In this document: positions 21,597-32,350 of the stretch, one piece after another
How positions within the stretch are numbered: position 1 is the first letter of the stretch
Layout: each line of letters opens with the position of its first letter
Source of the DNA: an uncultured Nitrospiraceae bacterium
Lineage (GTDB): Bacteria > Nitrospirota > Thermodesulfovibrionia > Thermodesulfovibrionales > UBA6898
Length of the DNA: 64,000 nt
Direction of reading: 5' to 3'
NCBI GenBank assembly: GCA_963811165.1
Contig: CAWEQH010000001.1
Location: 32,001 to 96,000, forward strand
Translations under genes and position numbers: made by a program
The notes under the pieces: generated by a model
The model's input: only the letters and a program-made list of their open reading frames with translations
Told to the model about the DNA's origin: nothing
The model's database searches: none

Positions 21597-21867
21597 CTTT
21601 CCCCTCTCCAGCCATTTTTTTCATCGAAGACAGTTCTTCGCGAAGGTCGGTACCCTCGTTCTTCGAAGACTGCAACTGTATCGAGATCGTTCTGAGTTCT
21701 TCAGTCTGCCTGTCTATCTTATCCCGTAAGACAAAAATATAGTATCCCTCGACGGCCACTGCCGCCATCAGGAGGAGAACAGCCAAAAGCCTAAGCGCGA
21801 TGCGTCTTCCATCTGAGGACCCCCCGGGGGCGGGTTCTTTATGACAGGCGCCCGAGCCGTGCTTCAT
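21568..21867 (-). CDS. Small membrane-anchored coiled-coil protein
   Basis: One TM helix then a coiled coil; overlaps both neighbours. Confidence 0.65.
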   Translation of the reverse strand: MKHGSGACHKEPAPGGSSDGRRIALRLLAVLLLMAAVAVEGYYIFVLRDKIDRQTEELRTISIQLQSSKNEGTDLREELSSMKKMAGEGKDGNTADGQR

Positions 21868-22370
21868 TGATACCTTTTGATCCTGAACTTGAAAACGTCC
21901 ACATCTTCACCAGGCAGTATTCCCGCCTTCATCCTGGTTATCCGCAACTGCTCTTCAACGGAATCCACACCTTCGAGGTCCGGCAGAAGAAGCCCCCGCC
22001 TCTGTCCCGACGTGACAATCACCCCGTACTCTTTCGGATCGAGTTCTTTCATATCTCCCACTTTTTCGGGAGCGGAAAGCACATCAACGGTATAATGCAG
22101 CTGCTCCAGCTCCTCCTCCCCGACCGGCGAAAAACGCGGGTCCTGGGTGGCGGCCGAAATTGCGTTTCGCAAGGTTTCCTCTGCGAGGTTTTCGCGGCAG
22201 GGCAGAAAGGTCCCGACGCAGCCCCTCAGCTGCCCGTCTTTTTTTATACATACAAAAACGCCGGCCTTTTCGCGCATTTCAGGGGAAAGCGGCTCAGGAG
22301 GTTGTATTACTTTCCGGTATCTGACAAACTCTTCGACGCTCTTTTTGGCTAGTTCCACGAGGCCGTGCAT
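21864..22370 (-). CDS. amrA: AmmeMemoRadiSam system protein A (AMMECR1 domain)
   Basis: GVFVCI...[26 protein letters not shown]. Confidence 0.92.
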   Translation of the reverse strand: MHGLVELAKKSVEEFVRYRKVIQPPEPLSPEMREKAGVFVCIKKDGQLRGCVGTFLPCRENLAEETLRNAISAATQDPRFSPVGEEELEQLHYTVDVLSAPEKVGDMKELDPKEYGVIVTSGQRRGLLLPDLEGVDSVEEQLRITRMKAGILPGEDVDVFKFRIKRYQ

Positions 22371-23341
22371 CACTTCCCTCTTGACAGCGAGTAATCGGCG
22401 ATTGCAAGGAGGGCCTCCTTCCAAGGACTATCGGAAAAGATCGCAAGCTCTGATTTGGCCTCCTCAACAAGCAGACGGGCTTTTTTGAGAGATTCGTCGA
22501 TTGAGCGGTACTTTTTCAGAAGTGCAAGCACCCTATCGACGCCGTCACCCGTGAAGTTGTCCCCGATTATTTTTTTGATCTCAAGAATCTCTTCCCCGCC
22601 GGCCGACCTGAGGAGATAAAGGAGAGGAAGCGTTATCTTTCCTTCTTCAAGGTCCTTGCAGAGTTTCTTCCCGAGTTCGCCTTCTTCGGCCATGTAGTCT
22701 AAAATATCATCGGCCATCTGAAACACAATCCCTGTCTTCATTCCGAACGCCGCAAGGGCAAGTTCCTTGTCGCGGGGAAGACCGCCCAGTATCGCAGCGG
22801 CCCTGCAGGCCGCGGAAATCAGGGCTCCGGTCTTGGCCGATATAATCTCTATGTAGTCCTCCTCGGTTATATCGGGGTCGCCGATTCTGTTGAGCTGAAG
22901 CAATTCCCCTTCCGTCATCCTGGTCGTCGCCTCTGAGAGGGTCTCCATTATCCTTTGGTTATTCTGGGCCACCGCTGTTTTAAGGGCATTTGAATAGAGA
23001 AAATCACCCACAAGGACTACGACCTGATTGCCCCAGACTGAATTTGCGGTAGGTTTGCCTCTTCTGATCTCCGCCATATCAACGATATCATCATGCAGTA
23101 GCGAAGCGGTATGGATCGATTCTATAATGCCGGCTATCTCGATATGGGCATTCCCTTCGTACCCCGCCATGTCCGCGCAGATCAGATGGAAGAGCGGTCT
23201 GAGCCTTTTGCCTCCGCTTGAGGTAATATAACTGCCTATCAAAGGAATTACCGGTGCCTTGTTTCTGAAAAGCTCCATGATCTTAAGCTCCACCAGGTGG
23301 AGCTTGTTTTCGTAAAGGTCAAAGACATCCTGTAAATTCAT
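22370..23341 (-). CDS. ispB: Polyprenyl (octaprenyl-type) diphosphate synthase
   Basis: [15 protein letters not shown]...[21 protein letters not shown]. Confidence 0.9.
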   Translation of the reverse strand: MNLQDVFDLYENKLHLVELKIMELFRNKAPVIPLIGSYITSSGGKRLRPLFHLICADMAGYEGNAHIEIAGIIESIHTASLLHDDIVDMAEIRRGKPTANSVWGNQVVVLVGDFLYSNALKTAVAQNNQRIMETLSEATTRMTEGELLQLNRIGDPDITEEDYIEIISAKTGALISAACRAAAILGGLPRDKELALAAFGMKTGIVFQMADDILDYMAEEGELGKKLCKDLEEGKITLPLLYLLRSAGGEEILEIKKIIGDNFTGDGVDRVLALLKKYRSIDESLKKARLLVEEAKSELAIFSDSPWKEALLAIADYSLSRGK

Positions 23342-23367
23342 TTTTTGATGATAGGATAAAGGTCCCT

Positions 23368-24438
23368 TCATTTCTCCCTCTTGATGCGGAGTTTTTCGAT
23401 GTCCGCATCACCCCTCGCAAGGTCTTTCAGATCTCCCGGCCTGAAGGCCCCCTTTTCGGTGATGATCGCAGTTACATATTTGGCCGGGGTCACATCGAAG
23501 GCAAGGTTTCTTACCCTCACACCCTCCGGCGCTATCCTGCAGGTGCCGAATATGTAGGTCACCTCTTCAGGGCTTCTCTCTTCAATCGGAATAAGGTCAC
23601 CCGAAGGTATGGAAAAATCTATGCTGCTTAGCGGCGCAGCGACAAAAAAAGGAATGTTATGTTCCTTGCACATGACCGCCACCGTATACGTTCCGATCTT
23701 GTTGGCGACATCCCCGTTTAGGACGGTCCTGTCCGTGCCGACAATCGCAAGACTTATCTCTCCCCTTTTCATCAGGGCTCCGGCAGCATTGTCCGTTATC
23801 AAGGTGACCGGGATCCCCTCCTGCATAAGCTCCCAGGCCGTAAGCCTGGCGCCCTGGAGCACCGGTCTCGTCTCATCGGCAACGACAGTGAACTTCTTGC
23901 CCTGTTCCCTGGCAACCAGCATCGGCGCGGTGGCCGTGCCGTAGCCCCCGGTGGCAAGGGACCCGGCATTACAGTGTGTAAGGACCGCGTCACCGTTGTG
24001 GATAAACTGGGCCCCCCACTCGCCGATCGCCCTGTTGATCCTGATGTCTTCCTCCAGTACCTTCTTTGACTCCTCGATCAGGAGTTCCCTGAGCTTCTGG
24101 ACCTTTTCATCTCTGTTTCTTTCGAGAAAGGCCCTCATCCTTTCAACGGCCCAGCGGATATTGACCGCGGTCGGCCTCGTGGCAAGCAGGGTCTCAAAGA
24201 CAGGCCCAAGTTTTCTCACGAAGCTGTCGTAATCGTCTGCGTCTATCTCCTGGGCGGCAAGGGCGATCCCCATGGCCGTGGCTATCCCGATGGCCGGGGC
24301 GCCTCTTATCCAGAGCCTCTTTATCCCCTCTGCCACCTTGAGATAATTTTCACATTCTATATATGCGACTTCGATGGGAAGCTTCGACTGGTCAAGCATA
24401 ACGACTTTGCCGTCGGCCCATTCGATCGTCTTTACCAT
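23368..24438 (-). CDS. mtnA: S-methyl-5-thioribose-1-phosphate isomerase
   Basis: IRGAPAIG, TRPTAVN, THCNAGSLATGGYGTA, DETRPVLQGARLTAWEL, ANKIGTY. Confidence 0.96.
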   Translation of the reverse strand: MVKTIEWADGKVVMLDQSKLPIEVAYIECENYLKVAEGIKRLWIRGAPAIGIATAMGIALAAQEIDADDYDSFVRKLGPVFETLLATRPTAVNIRWAVERMRAFLERNRDEKVQKLRELLIEESKKVLEEDIRINRAIGEWGAQFIHNGDAVLTHCNAGSLATGGYGTATAPMLVAREQGKKFTVVADETRPVLQGARLTAWELMQEGIPVTLITDNAAGALMKRGEISLAIVGTDRTVLNGDVANKIGTYTVAVMCKEHNIPFFVAAPLSSIDFSIPSGDLIPIEERSPEEVTYIFGTCRIAPEGVRVRNLAFDVTPAKYVTAIITEKGAFRPGDLKDLARGDADIEKLRIKREK

Positions 24439-24534
24439 TTGTCCTCCGTAAGCACTCATTAATTATAAACTAATCATCTGCATCTTACACAGCTGTTCCT
24501 GCCGGAAGAAAATCCTCTGTCATAAGCCCTTATC

Positions 24535-25770
24535 TCATCCCTGCAGAGGATATATGGTAGTTACGATCAAAAACCCTGTAAGAATGATTATCGTTACCAC
24601 CGTCCCCCACGAGATGTAATTAAATGCAGTCGGATTAATGTATTCTCCCATCAACTTTTTGTTGTTTACGAGTAAGAGCGCATATACGAGGACAAAGGGG
24701 AGCAGTAGTCCGTTGATGACCGCCGACAAGACCATAAGAGATACCAGCGGAGCCCCCGGGACAAGGATCACCACAGACGAAAGGGCTATGGTCATCGTAT
24801 AAATCCACATAAACTGCGGGGCCTCCTTGAAAGACTTATTCACCCCTGCCTCCCAACCCATGGCTTCGCAGATATAGTAAGCCGTTGCCAGGGGCACAAT
24901 GATTGCCCCAAGCAGCGAGGCGTTGGCAAGACTCAGGGAGAAGATGAGATACGCATATTTCCCTGCAAGCGGTTTCAGGGCAAGGGCAGCCTCTGACGCC
25001 TCGTTGACCCTCAGCCCGTGGGGAAACAAAAGCGCTCCGCAGGTAACGATAATGAAAAAACTTATAACGTCTGTTATCAAACATCCAATGACGACATCCA
25101 GTCGCGACGCCTTGTACTGCTCCTTCTTTATCCCTTTTTCGGCAATGGACGACTGAAGATAGAACTGCATCCAGGGGGTTATCGTTGTCCCTATTATGGC
25201 TATGCTCAGCATCATGTATTCCGAATTCCAGCGGACCCTGGGGATGAACGTGCTCTTCATCACCGGGCCCCAGTCCGGCTTTGCCATAAGCCCGGAGATC
25301 ACGTACCCTATATATATAAGGCAAGCTACCAGGAGTATTTTTTCAACAAAGCGGTAACTTCCCTTCGTAACAAGTATCCAGATCGACAGCGCACCAATAG
25401 GCACCATGACATACTTGCTCAACCCCAGTATCTCCATGCTGGCGGCCCAGCCTGCGAGATCGGCCACGGTGTTGCCGAAGTTGGCCAAAAGCAGGCCCAG
25501 CATCATAAAAAAAGTGGTTTTGACCCCATAGTTTTCGCGTATCAGGTCGGAAAGCCCTTTACCGGTAACAACACCCATGCGCGCGATCATCTCCTGGACA
25601 ACGACAAGCGCCACGGTGGTTGGTATGAGCGTCCATAACAGTTCGTAGCCGAACCTCGCCCCTGCAACGGAATAGGTGGTGATGCCAGGGGCATCGTTAT
25701 CGATGTTGGCGGTGATAATCCCCGGCCCCATGACCGAAAGGAAAAGGAGAAATTTCTTCCAGCGGGTCAC
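24535..25770 (-). CDS. NRAMP-family divalent cation transporter (NRAMP-related Mg2+ transporter type)
   Basis: GPGIITANIDNDAPGI, QEMIARMGVVTGKG, GTTITPWMQF; about 11 TM helices. Confidence 0.88.
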   Translation of the reverse strand: MTRWKKFLLFLSVMGPGIITANIDNDAPGITTYSVAGARFGYELLWTLIPTTVALVVVQEMIARMGVVTGKGLSDLIRENYGVKTTFFMMLGLLLANFGNTVADLAGWAASMEILGLSKYVMVPIGALSIWILVTKGSYRFVEKILLVACLIYIGYVISGLMAKPDWGPVMKSTFIPRVRWNSEYMMLSIAIIGTTITPWMQFYLQSSIAEKGIKKEQYKASRLDVVIGCLITDVISFFIIVTCGALLFPHGLRVNEASEAALALKPLAGKYAYLIFSLSLANASLLGAIIVPLATAYYICEAMGWEAGVNKSFKEAPQFMWIYTMTIALSSVVILVPGAPLVSLMVLSAVINGLLLPFVLVYALLLVNNKKLMGEYINPTAFNYISWGTVVTIIILTGFLIVTTIYPLQG

Positions 25771-27028
25771 ACCTTCCTCCTTTTTTTCTTGGCCGCCGGC
25801 GGAAGCAGCATGTCGACTACGTCATCTACCGTGATGACCCCGTGCATATAGCCTTCCTGGTCCACAACCGGCAGGGCCAGGAGATTGTATTTTGAGATGA
25901 TCTCCGCCACAACCATTTCGTCTTCGCCCGGTCTAACAGTCTTTAGGGTCGTCTCCATCATATCGGCGAGGATGCAGTCTTTCTCGGCGAGGAGCACCTC
26001 CCTAAGTGATATGACGCCTACGAGTTTTTCATCCTTGTCGAGAACGTAGATGTAGTAGACCGTCTCCACTTCCTTTGCCTCGGCCTTGAACCGTTCCAGC
26101 GCCTCCTGGACCGTCATGTCCGGAGAATAGGCGATATATTCATTGGTCATAAGGCCGCCGGCGGTGTCCTCCTCGTGTCCAAGGAGTTCCTGGATGTCTT
26201 CCGCATCTTCCTTTTCGATGTTTTCGAGTATCTCCTTGGCCTTTTCAGTGGGCAGGTCGCTCAGTATGTCGGCCGCCTCGTCAGGGGGCATCTCTTCAAT
26301 GATGTCGGCTGCCTTTTCCGTCGTCATCGAACTGATAAGGTCCGCCTGCATTTCGGGTTTCAGTTCCGACAATGCCTCAGCAGCGGTTTCGATGTCGAGG
26401 TTGTTAAAGAAACTGCTCCCTTCTTTCTGCGAGACACTGCTGATTATGTCGGCGATGTCGGCAGGGTGCAGTTCGGAAAGCATCTGCCTTGGCACAGTAA
26501 GGGATATTGATGTCAGCTTCGGTTCGAGGGGCTGCAGATAATCCCAGCTTATCAGGGTAAAGGGGAGTGTCTTTTTGAACAACTTCAGGAAATCCTCTCC
26601 CCCCTTTCGACACCAAGCCTCCTTAGGATGCCCCTCATCCCCACGTCGACGGCGATCAGGATCGCGTCGTTTTTATACCCCTCGAGCTTGACGTCGTTCA
26701 CCCTCACCACTTTGGCGCCGTTGGCATCCACGATCTGCTTGTCGAGAATGTCCCTGAGGATCAAAAGGTCGTTGTCATCAAATTCATACGGCTTCAGGCT
26801 GTCTTTAAAGACATTCGAGGATATGATCTTCTTGTTGAAGATGTTAAGGTCTGCCCAGGCAAGCCAGAAGAGCTTTTTTTTCCTCTCTATAATGAGCGCC
26901 GATACCCTCGGGAGCGGGTCTCCTTTTATGATTACCATGTCCTTTACCCTCCCGAGGTCTTCCCCTTTGGGGTCAAGGACCGGTTTCTTGATTATCTCGC
27001 TTGAAAAAACTTCTCCAAAAAAAGGCAT
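25767..27028 (-). CDS. MgtE intracellular-domain protein (PRC-barrel + MgtE_N + CBS pair, no membrane domain); frameshift in a G run at ~26600
   Basis: DKQIVDANGAKVVRVNDV, LHPADIADI, EDTAGGLM, KYNLLALPVVD...GVITVDD; adding one G restores ERGGEDFLKLFKK. Confidence 0.88.
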
Positions 27029-27272
27029 TTTCGCTCCCGGATTCTCTTTGAAAATGAAGGCGTTACTAAAGTATAGCCGCAGCAGGCTCCTTTGGGCAAC
27101 AGTTTTGTGGCGGTCCTTGGGCGGGTTCGGCCGGCCCTGTCAAAAACATCAGGAGAGATGCGTAGAATTCCGGTATTATAGAGTGAAAAGCTACTGTCTG
27201 AACTGCGCACGAGCCGGGTTGTCCGGGCATATCTTGCGTTTCATACTCGCCAAAGTATAAAGTAAAAATCTT

Positions 27273-27584
27273 ATGGACACCTATAGTGGAAAAACAGATT
27301 TCGTTGATTCACAGAGGCCCCCTGTAAAGGCAGGGTGGATCTGCCTTTTTGTTGCGTGGGCGCTTTTTCTTATACCGATACCGGGACTCGGGTTAATAGG
27401 ATGGGCACTCAACCTGGCTGCCTTTGTTATTTCCATTATTGTGATGGTAAAAGGCCGCATTGGTGCCGGTGTCGCACAGATGGTATGCGCCCTTGCCGTT
27501 TCCCCGATCATTTATTTTGCGGGCCTTGGGATATTGGGGCATTTTTTGTTGCCTCCCCCGGGGATTCACCGTTTATGGCTTTAA
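27273..27584 (+). CDS. Hypothetical small membrane protein
   Basis: 103 aa with three hydrophobic segments. Confidence 0.6.
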   Translation: MDTYSGKTDFVDSQRPPVKAGWICLFVAWALFLIPIPGLGLIGWALNLAAFVISIIVMVKGRIGAGVAQMVCALAVSPIIYFAGLGILGHFLLPPPGIHRLWL

Positions 27585-27656
27585 AACTCCTCGGGCGGAC
27601 CGCATGAGCGACTGGTATCCTTTCGGAAAGTGGTGTAAAGATGGAAAAGGTGTGAA

Positions 27657-28229
27657 TTGAGTCACAGAGTCTGTCCCTGGTGGTTAGGGTATCTGCTTGC
27701 GAGTCCGTTGAGGCGACTTTTACAGGACCCGGAGGAGATTGTAAGCCCTTACGTAGAGGAAGGCATGAGTGTCTTGGATATCGGCTCCGGCATGGGATTT
27801 TTTTCCTTACCTCTGGCTAAACTGGTGGGCGAAAAAGGCAGGGTCGTCTGTATCGATCTGCAGGAAAAAATGATTAAGGGTCTCTTGGCGAGGGCGAAGG
27901 AGGCGGGGCTGACCGAAAGGATAGACGCGCGGGTATGCAGCCTACGCACGTTTGGGATAAGTGACCTCGCCGGCAAAATCGATTTTGCGCTTGCCTTTGC
28001 GTTAGTCCATGAGGTCCCTGATAAGGAACGCTTGTTCGGCGAAATACACGCCGCGATGAAGCTGTCCGGAAAAGTACTGATGGCGGAGCCTAAGGGACAT
28101 GTATCAAGGCCGGATTTTGAGAGGACCGTTTCCCTCGCGCAAGGTTGTGGATTTGAAGTAACCAGTGACCTCAAAATAAGGCGAAGTCACGCGGCCTTGT
28201 TGCGGGCACTTCCACCCGGAGCCAACTGA
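27657..28229 (+). CDS. Class I SAM-dependent methyltransferase
   Basis: VCPWW...SPLRRL, VLDIGSGMGFF, DLQEKM, HEVPD. Confidence 0.9.
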   Translation: MSHRVCPWWLGYLLASPLRRLLQDPEEIVSPYVEEGMSVLDIGSGMGFFSLPLAKLVGEKGRVVCIDLQEKMIKGLLARAKEAGLTERIDARVCSLRTFGISDLAGKIDFALAFALVHEVPDKERLFGEIHAAMKLSGKVLMAEPKGHVSRPDFERTVSLAQGCGFEVTSDLKIRRSHAALLRALPPGAN

Positions 28230-28281
28230 TGCCGCAACGGTGCACCGGTGTTTGGGAAGATGCTTCTCAACAATGAAAGGT

Positions 28282-29286
28282 TCAATCGGCGACCTCGAGT
28301 ATTATCTTGCCGATATGCTCGCTGCTTTCCATAAGCCTGTGCGCATCAGCAGCTTCAGATAAGGGGAATACCCGGTAGATCACCGGGCCACAGCGCCCGG
28401 CATCAAGCACTGGCCAGACCTTCTCTCGAAGCGCCTCTGCGATCATGCCCTTCTCGGCAGTGCTACGGGGCCTCATGGTAGACCCGGTGACTGTCAGCCG
28501 CCTCATCATTACAAGCATAAGATCGAAGTCTGATACCTTCGCCCCGTGCATCACGGCAATCTGGACCAGCCGTCCCTCCGCAGCCAGGCAGTCCAAATTT
28601 CGCTTCGTGTAGGGCGCACCGACCATATCTAACACCACGTTCACCCCTTTGCCCCCGGTAATCTCCATGATGCGTTTTACAAAATCCGTCTCGCGGTAAT
28701 TCACGGCGGCATCGGCGCCCAGTTTCAGGCACGCATCGCATTTTATCCGGCTCCCGGCGGTCACATATGCGCGGCTGCCGAATTCCCGCGCAAGCTGGAT
28801 TGCGGTCGTGCCGATGCCGCTGCTGCCTCCGTGTACAAGCACCGACTCTCCAGGGGCGAGGTGCCCGAGTCCGAAGAGGTTCGCCCAGACAGTGAAATAT
28901 GTCTCCGGCAGTCCGGCCGCGCGTATGGAGTCATAGCCTTTGGGCCAGCGCAGGCATTGCAGCGCCGGGACCGTGCAATACTCCGCATAGCCACCGCCAT
29001 TTGCCAGGGCACAGACACGGTCGCCTGCCTTCCACCCGGAAACCTTCTCTCCTAAGGCCACTACTTCACCCGCGATCTCGAGGCCGAGGACCGGGCTTGC
29101 GTTGGCAGGCGGCGGGTAGAGGCCTTTACGCTGAAGCACGTCGGGCCGGTTCACGCCTGCGGCAAGCACCCGGATCAGGACTTCGTCGGATTTTAGGTTG
29201 GGCAAAGGGCCGGTGGCAACCCGCAACACCTCGGGGCCGCCCGGCGTTACCGCCTCGACATATCTCATGCTCTCAGGCAATTTCAC
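28282..29286 (-). CDS. NAD(P)H-quinone oxidoreductase, PIG3 family
   Basis: AAGVNRPD..QR.G.YPPP, GGGYAEY, LVHGGSSGIGTTAIQ, HIGKI. Confidence 0.93.
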   Translation of the reverse strand: MKLPESMRYVEAVTPGGPEVLRVATGPLPNLKSDEVLIRVLAAGVNRPDVLQRKGLYPPPANASPVLGLEIAGEVVALGEKVSGWKAGDRVCALANGGGYAEYCTVPALQCLRWPKGYDSIRAAGLPETYFTVWANLFGLGHLAPGESVLVHGGSSGIGTTAIQLAREFGSRAYVTAGSRIKCDACLKLGADAAVNYRETDFVKRIMEITGGKGVNVVLDMVGAPYTKRNLDCLAAEGRLVQIAVMHGAKVSDFDLMLVMMRRLTVTGSTMRPRSTAEKGMIAEALREKVWPVLDAGRCGPVIYRVFPLSEAADAHRLMESSEHIGKIILEVAD

Positions 29287-29337
29287 GATCGGCCTTCGCC
29301 TCCTTCAGCCAATTCTCGGATCCCTTTCTTGTTCGTT

Positions 29338-29706
29338 TCATTCCAGCAAACAAGCCACAAGCGGAGCAGGCATGGCTACCGAATCAGCATAAAGTCGCTT
29401 GTCTCGCTCGTGGTAGCTTACGGTGATTTCCTGACCGGCCTTGATGTCCTTTAGGGGCCTCTCCTGGTTGCACATTGTTACCCTTGTAATTTCATTCATA
29501 GAGAATGTAAATTCACCAAGGGGTCCGCTAATAAGGGCCGGGATTTTATCAATAGACTTCACGATCAGTTTCCCCGCCAGAAAATCGACAGATACCACCT
29601 TGCCTTTGACGGAATACTCTGTTTCCGCGGCAAATGCTGCCCCTGAGAGGCAGAACACGAAAAACACGGCAATGCTTCCCGCAAGGATATTTCTCAAGCC
29701 AACCAT
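29338..29706 (-). CDS. Hypothetical secreted protein (small beta/OB-like fold)
   Basis: Signal peptide ending AFA; VKGKVVSVD...LKDIKAGQEITVSY; GGAGG RBS. Confidence 0.7.
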   Translation of the reverse strand: MVGLRNILAGSIAVFFVFCLSGAAFAAETEYSVKGKVVSVDFLAGKLIVKSIDKIPALISGPLGEFTFSMNEITRVTMCNQERPLKDIKAGQEITVSYHERDKRLYADSVAMPAPLVACLLE

Positions 29707-29950
29707 GGTAACCTCCTTCCTACCAAAAGGTAAAAAGCAATCCGCACATCAACTCTTATGCCTTCTACTTTAGAGATACCTTGAATCGCGTACGATTTGC
29801 AAACTCGACTCTCTTTAAAAAGAGGTGAATTTAGAACTTTTTTAAATTAAACGAAGGAAAAGGCCGCTTCGTTGCTTTTAGCGGTCGTTATGGGGCCACT
29901 TTAAGAATATTTTGGGAAGTGGGGTGACCCACTGCCATATCAAACCGCTT

Positions 29951-31132
29951 TTAGATCGCCTGGGGATTGCGAATAAATTCAAGAAGGTCGGCCATCTCTC
30001 CTTTTTTTAGCGTAGGCCAGGGAATGCCCTTCTTGGCCACAGCCTTTCTCATCGGAATGGTGTGGTTCCAGATACCAGCGACGATTTCAGTCTTGGCAGC
30101 GTTTTGATATTTGGATAAATTGATATATTCCACTGGAGCGTTTTGCCCACCTTTCGTGTGACACCCTGCACAGGACAACGCGGAAAATAGTTTTTTCCCT
30201 TTCACCGCATTCCCGGGCTCGTCAAGGTAATGCAGAAAATAAAGGTAAGCAAGCAGGTCCGCCATCTCGCCGGATGAGAATTTAGGGCCACAGCACTGTG
30301 TCTGGGCCATCCTTACTATAACGACAGGCCCTTTGTTCCACATGCTCGAAACGATCCGGGTCAGACTTGTATAGAACTCCCGGGCCCTCTTTGCCAGATC
30401 GATGCCTCCCTTTGCTCCTTCGCCATGAATTGAGTGACATTCGTTACATTTCCTGCTATCGTAGACAATCCTGCCTTTTTTAGGATTACCAGCTCTGAAA
30501 AAAGCAGGCCCTGTTGGTCCCTTTGCCTGCGTTTTTATATATTCTAATATGTCCATCATTTCTTGGCCCTCGAAATTTGGCCATTTCATTCCTATTTGGG
30601 CCATAAGTGCGATCATAGGTATACTATGGTTCCAGATCGCCTCGCCTAAGAAGACGGGCGACAGGTTGCCCGGAAAGGAAAGCAGCTCAGGCCCCGTTCC
30701 TTTTTCCCTGCCTGATGAGGCGTGACAAGACGAGCACCCCTTCTGCTCAAATACATTTGCCCCCTTCAAAGGATCTCCAGGCTCGTCAAAAAATCTGAGA
30801 AAATAAAGATAAGAGGTGATTTCAATAAATTCCTGACCGGTCAGGACAGCCCCCGTGATTCCTGACTGCTCCATCTCCGCAATCATTGCAGGGGTGTGGT
30901 TCCAAATCTGCGCCGCCAGGTCTAGTTGTGTGTCGGCCAAATCTATCTTGCTCAGATCAGGACCTATACTGCTTCCTGTTCCCTTAAAGGCATGGCACCT
31001 TGCGCATCCCTTGGTAACAAACAATCGCCCTCCTCCTGTGGGGTCCTCGGGTAGGCCCTGGGCAGAGGCGAAGGAAATCAGCAAGAGAAAAATCCCGGCG
31101 GTTTGAACTGATATGCGGGTCATTGTCTTCAT
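29951..31132 (-). CDS. Periplasmic tetraheme c-type cytochrome built from four class-I-like repeats
   Basis: Signal peptide; CARCH, CSSCH, CNECH, CAGCH, each in a repeat carrying WNH/WNK and EMxD motifs. Confidence 0.88.
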   Translation of the reverse strand: MKTMTRISVQTAGIFLLLISFASAQGLPEDPTGGGRLFVTKGCARCHAFKGTGSSIGPDLSKIDLADTQLDLAAQIWNHTPAMIAEMEQSGITGAVLTGQEFIEITSYLYFLRFFDEPGDPLKGANVFEQKGCSSCHASSGREKGTGPELLSFPGNLSPVFLGEAIWNHSIPMIALMAQIGMKWPNFEGQEMMDILEYIKTQAKGPTGPAFFRAGNPKKGRIVYDSRKCNECHSIHGEGAKGGIDLAKRAREFYTSLTRIVSSMWNKGPVVIVRMAQTQCCGPKFSSGEMADLLAYLYFLHYLDEPGNAVKGKKLFSALSCAGCHTKGGQNAPVEYINLSKYQNAAKTEIVAGIWNHTIPMRKAVAKKGIPWPTLKKGEMADLLEFIRNPQAI

Positions 31133-31388
31133 TGAAATCCCTTTCCCATTCCCGGTATTTTTTTTATCATATGCCGTAATGATTCCATTATAGCACTCAG
31201 ATATCTGCATTCAAGTCGTTGCGGGATCATGCGCTCGCCCCGGATGGTTCTCGTGGCGCACGTACGGTTGGAATAAAACACCATGGGCAAAAGCTGAAAG
31301 TCTGTTTCCGGCGGATGGTGGACCTTGATATATCACATGCTTTTTTTTAATATAAAAATACAAACATTTAATATTATATAAGTGAATC

Positions 31389-31763
31389 ATGAAAATACTT
31401 ATTGTGGATGATGAACAACTCGTCCGATGGTTTCTCGACAGGGCGTTCCGAAGGGAAGGGCATGAAGTCATAACCGCCGAGAATGTCGAGGATGCATCGA
31501 TAAAACTCAGTTCAAATACAATAGATGTTCTTCTTATCGATCTCAGAATGCCGGGAGCCAACGGGAGGGAACTCATCGGGAAGGTGGATATAAGGGGGGA
31601 AAAACCAAAAGTGATAGTTTGTTCGGCATTTATCACTGCCGAACTCGAAGAGGAACTCAGGCAGAAGGGTGTATGCATACTAAGAAAGCCCGTCATGCTG
31701 GATGAGTTGAATGACGCCATCCAGATTTGTCTGGAGAAAGACCCTCCTTTCAAACACCGCTAA
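31389..31763 (+). CDS. Single-domain response regulator
   Basis: KILIVDDE, DLRMPG, SA, KP. Confidence 0.92.
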   Translation: MKILIVDDEQLVRWFLDRAFRREGHEVITAENVEDASIKLSSNTIDVLLIDLRMPGANGRELIGKVDIRGEKPKVIVCSAFITAELEEELRQKGVCILRKPVMLDELNDAIQICLEKDPPFKHR

Positions 31764-31963
31764 TGGGAAATAGATTTTTGTATACTTTCTGAAGTCCGCT
31801 TTATTTTAGTTACTTCTTCACACTATGGGATAACATTATTCACTGCTTTTTCAGGAAAAAATATAGGGGGCGATACATCGCCTCGCCCCTCGGCTTATTC
31901 CGGTAGAGTCTCGGTTTTTTTAAAGAGATCGGGGGGTACAGGGCTTTTTTAAGAATCAGCAGG

Positions 31964-32350
31964 TCAATGGCTTTCGTAAAGCCATTTCTTGGCATCTTCT
32001 AGAGAATCAAAGAGTTCAATCTTAAAGCCGACCTCCGGTGCCGTCATGACCTTCCACATTGCTACCTTGGTAAATTCGGCATCGTCGGATAAAATAATAG
32101 CACAACGTCCCCCTGAGCCAAGGTAGTTTTTCAACTCTTTTACCGAAAGTGATACTAATTGGATGTCATGCAGCGTGGTAGTGGAGAGCGATGCGGCCCG
32201 ATGGTCCACGAGGACATCCATGCCGGCCTTCCATTTGGGATGTGTAATCAATTCTCTAAGAAGAAGCCGATGACCTTCGCCGTTCAATTCTCCAGACGTG
32301 TGAATGGTAACAAAGGATTCGTTCTTATCAAACGTTATTTCATAACGCAT
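31964..32350 (-). CDS. STAS/SEC14 (SpoIIAA-like) domain protein
   Basis: VLVDHR...RCAII...FDSLEDAKKWL. Confidence 0.7.
   Translation of the reverse strand: MRYEITFDKNESFVTIHTSGELNGEGHRLLLRELITHPKWKAGMDVLVDHRAASLSTTTLHDIQLVSLSVKELKNYLGSGGRCAIILSDDAEFTKVAMWKVMTAPEVGFKIELFDSLEDAKKWLYESH

Noticed and set aside
27029..27180. M-box (ykoK) riboswitch upstream of the Mg-transporter genes
   Set aside because: I could not match the conserved M-box sequence blocks; an Rfam scan would settle it
31862..31890. Further REP-like hairpin (ATAGGGGGCGA...TCGCCCCT)
   Set aside because: Resembles the GTAG family but head and loop differ; may just be a terminator between convergent genes
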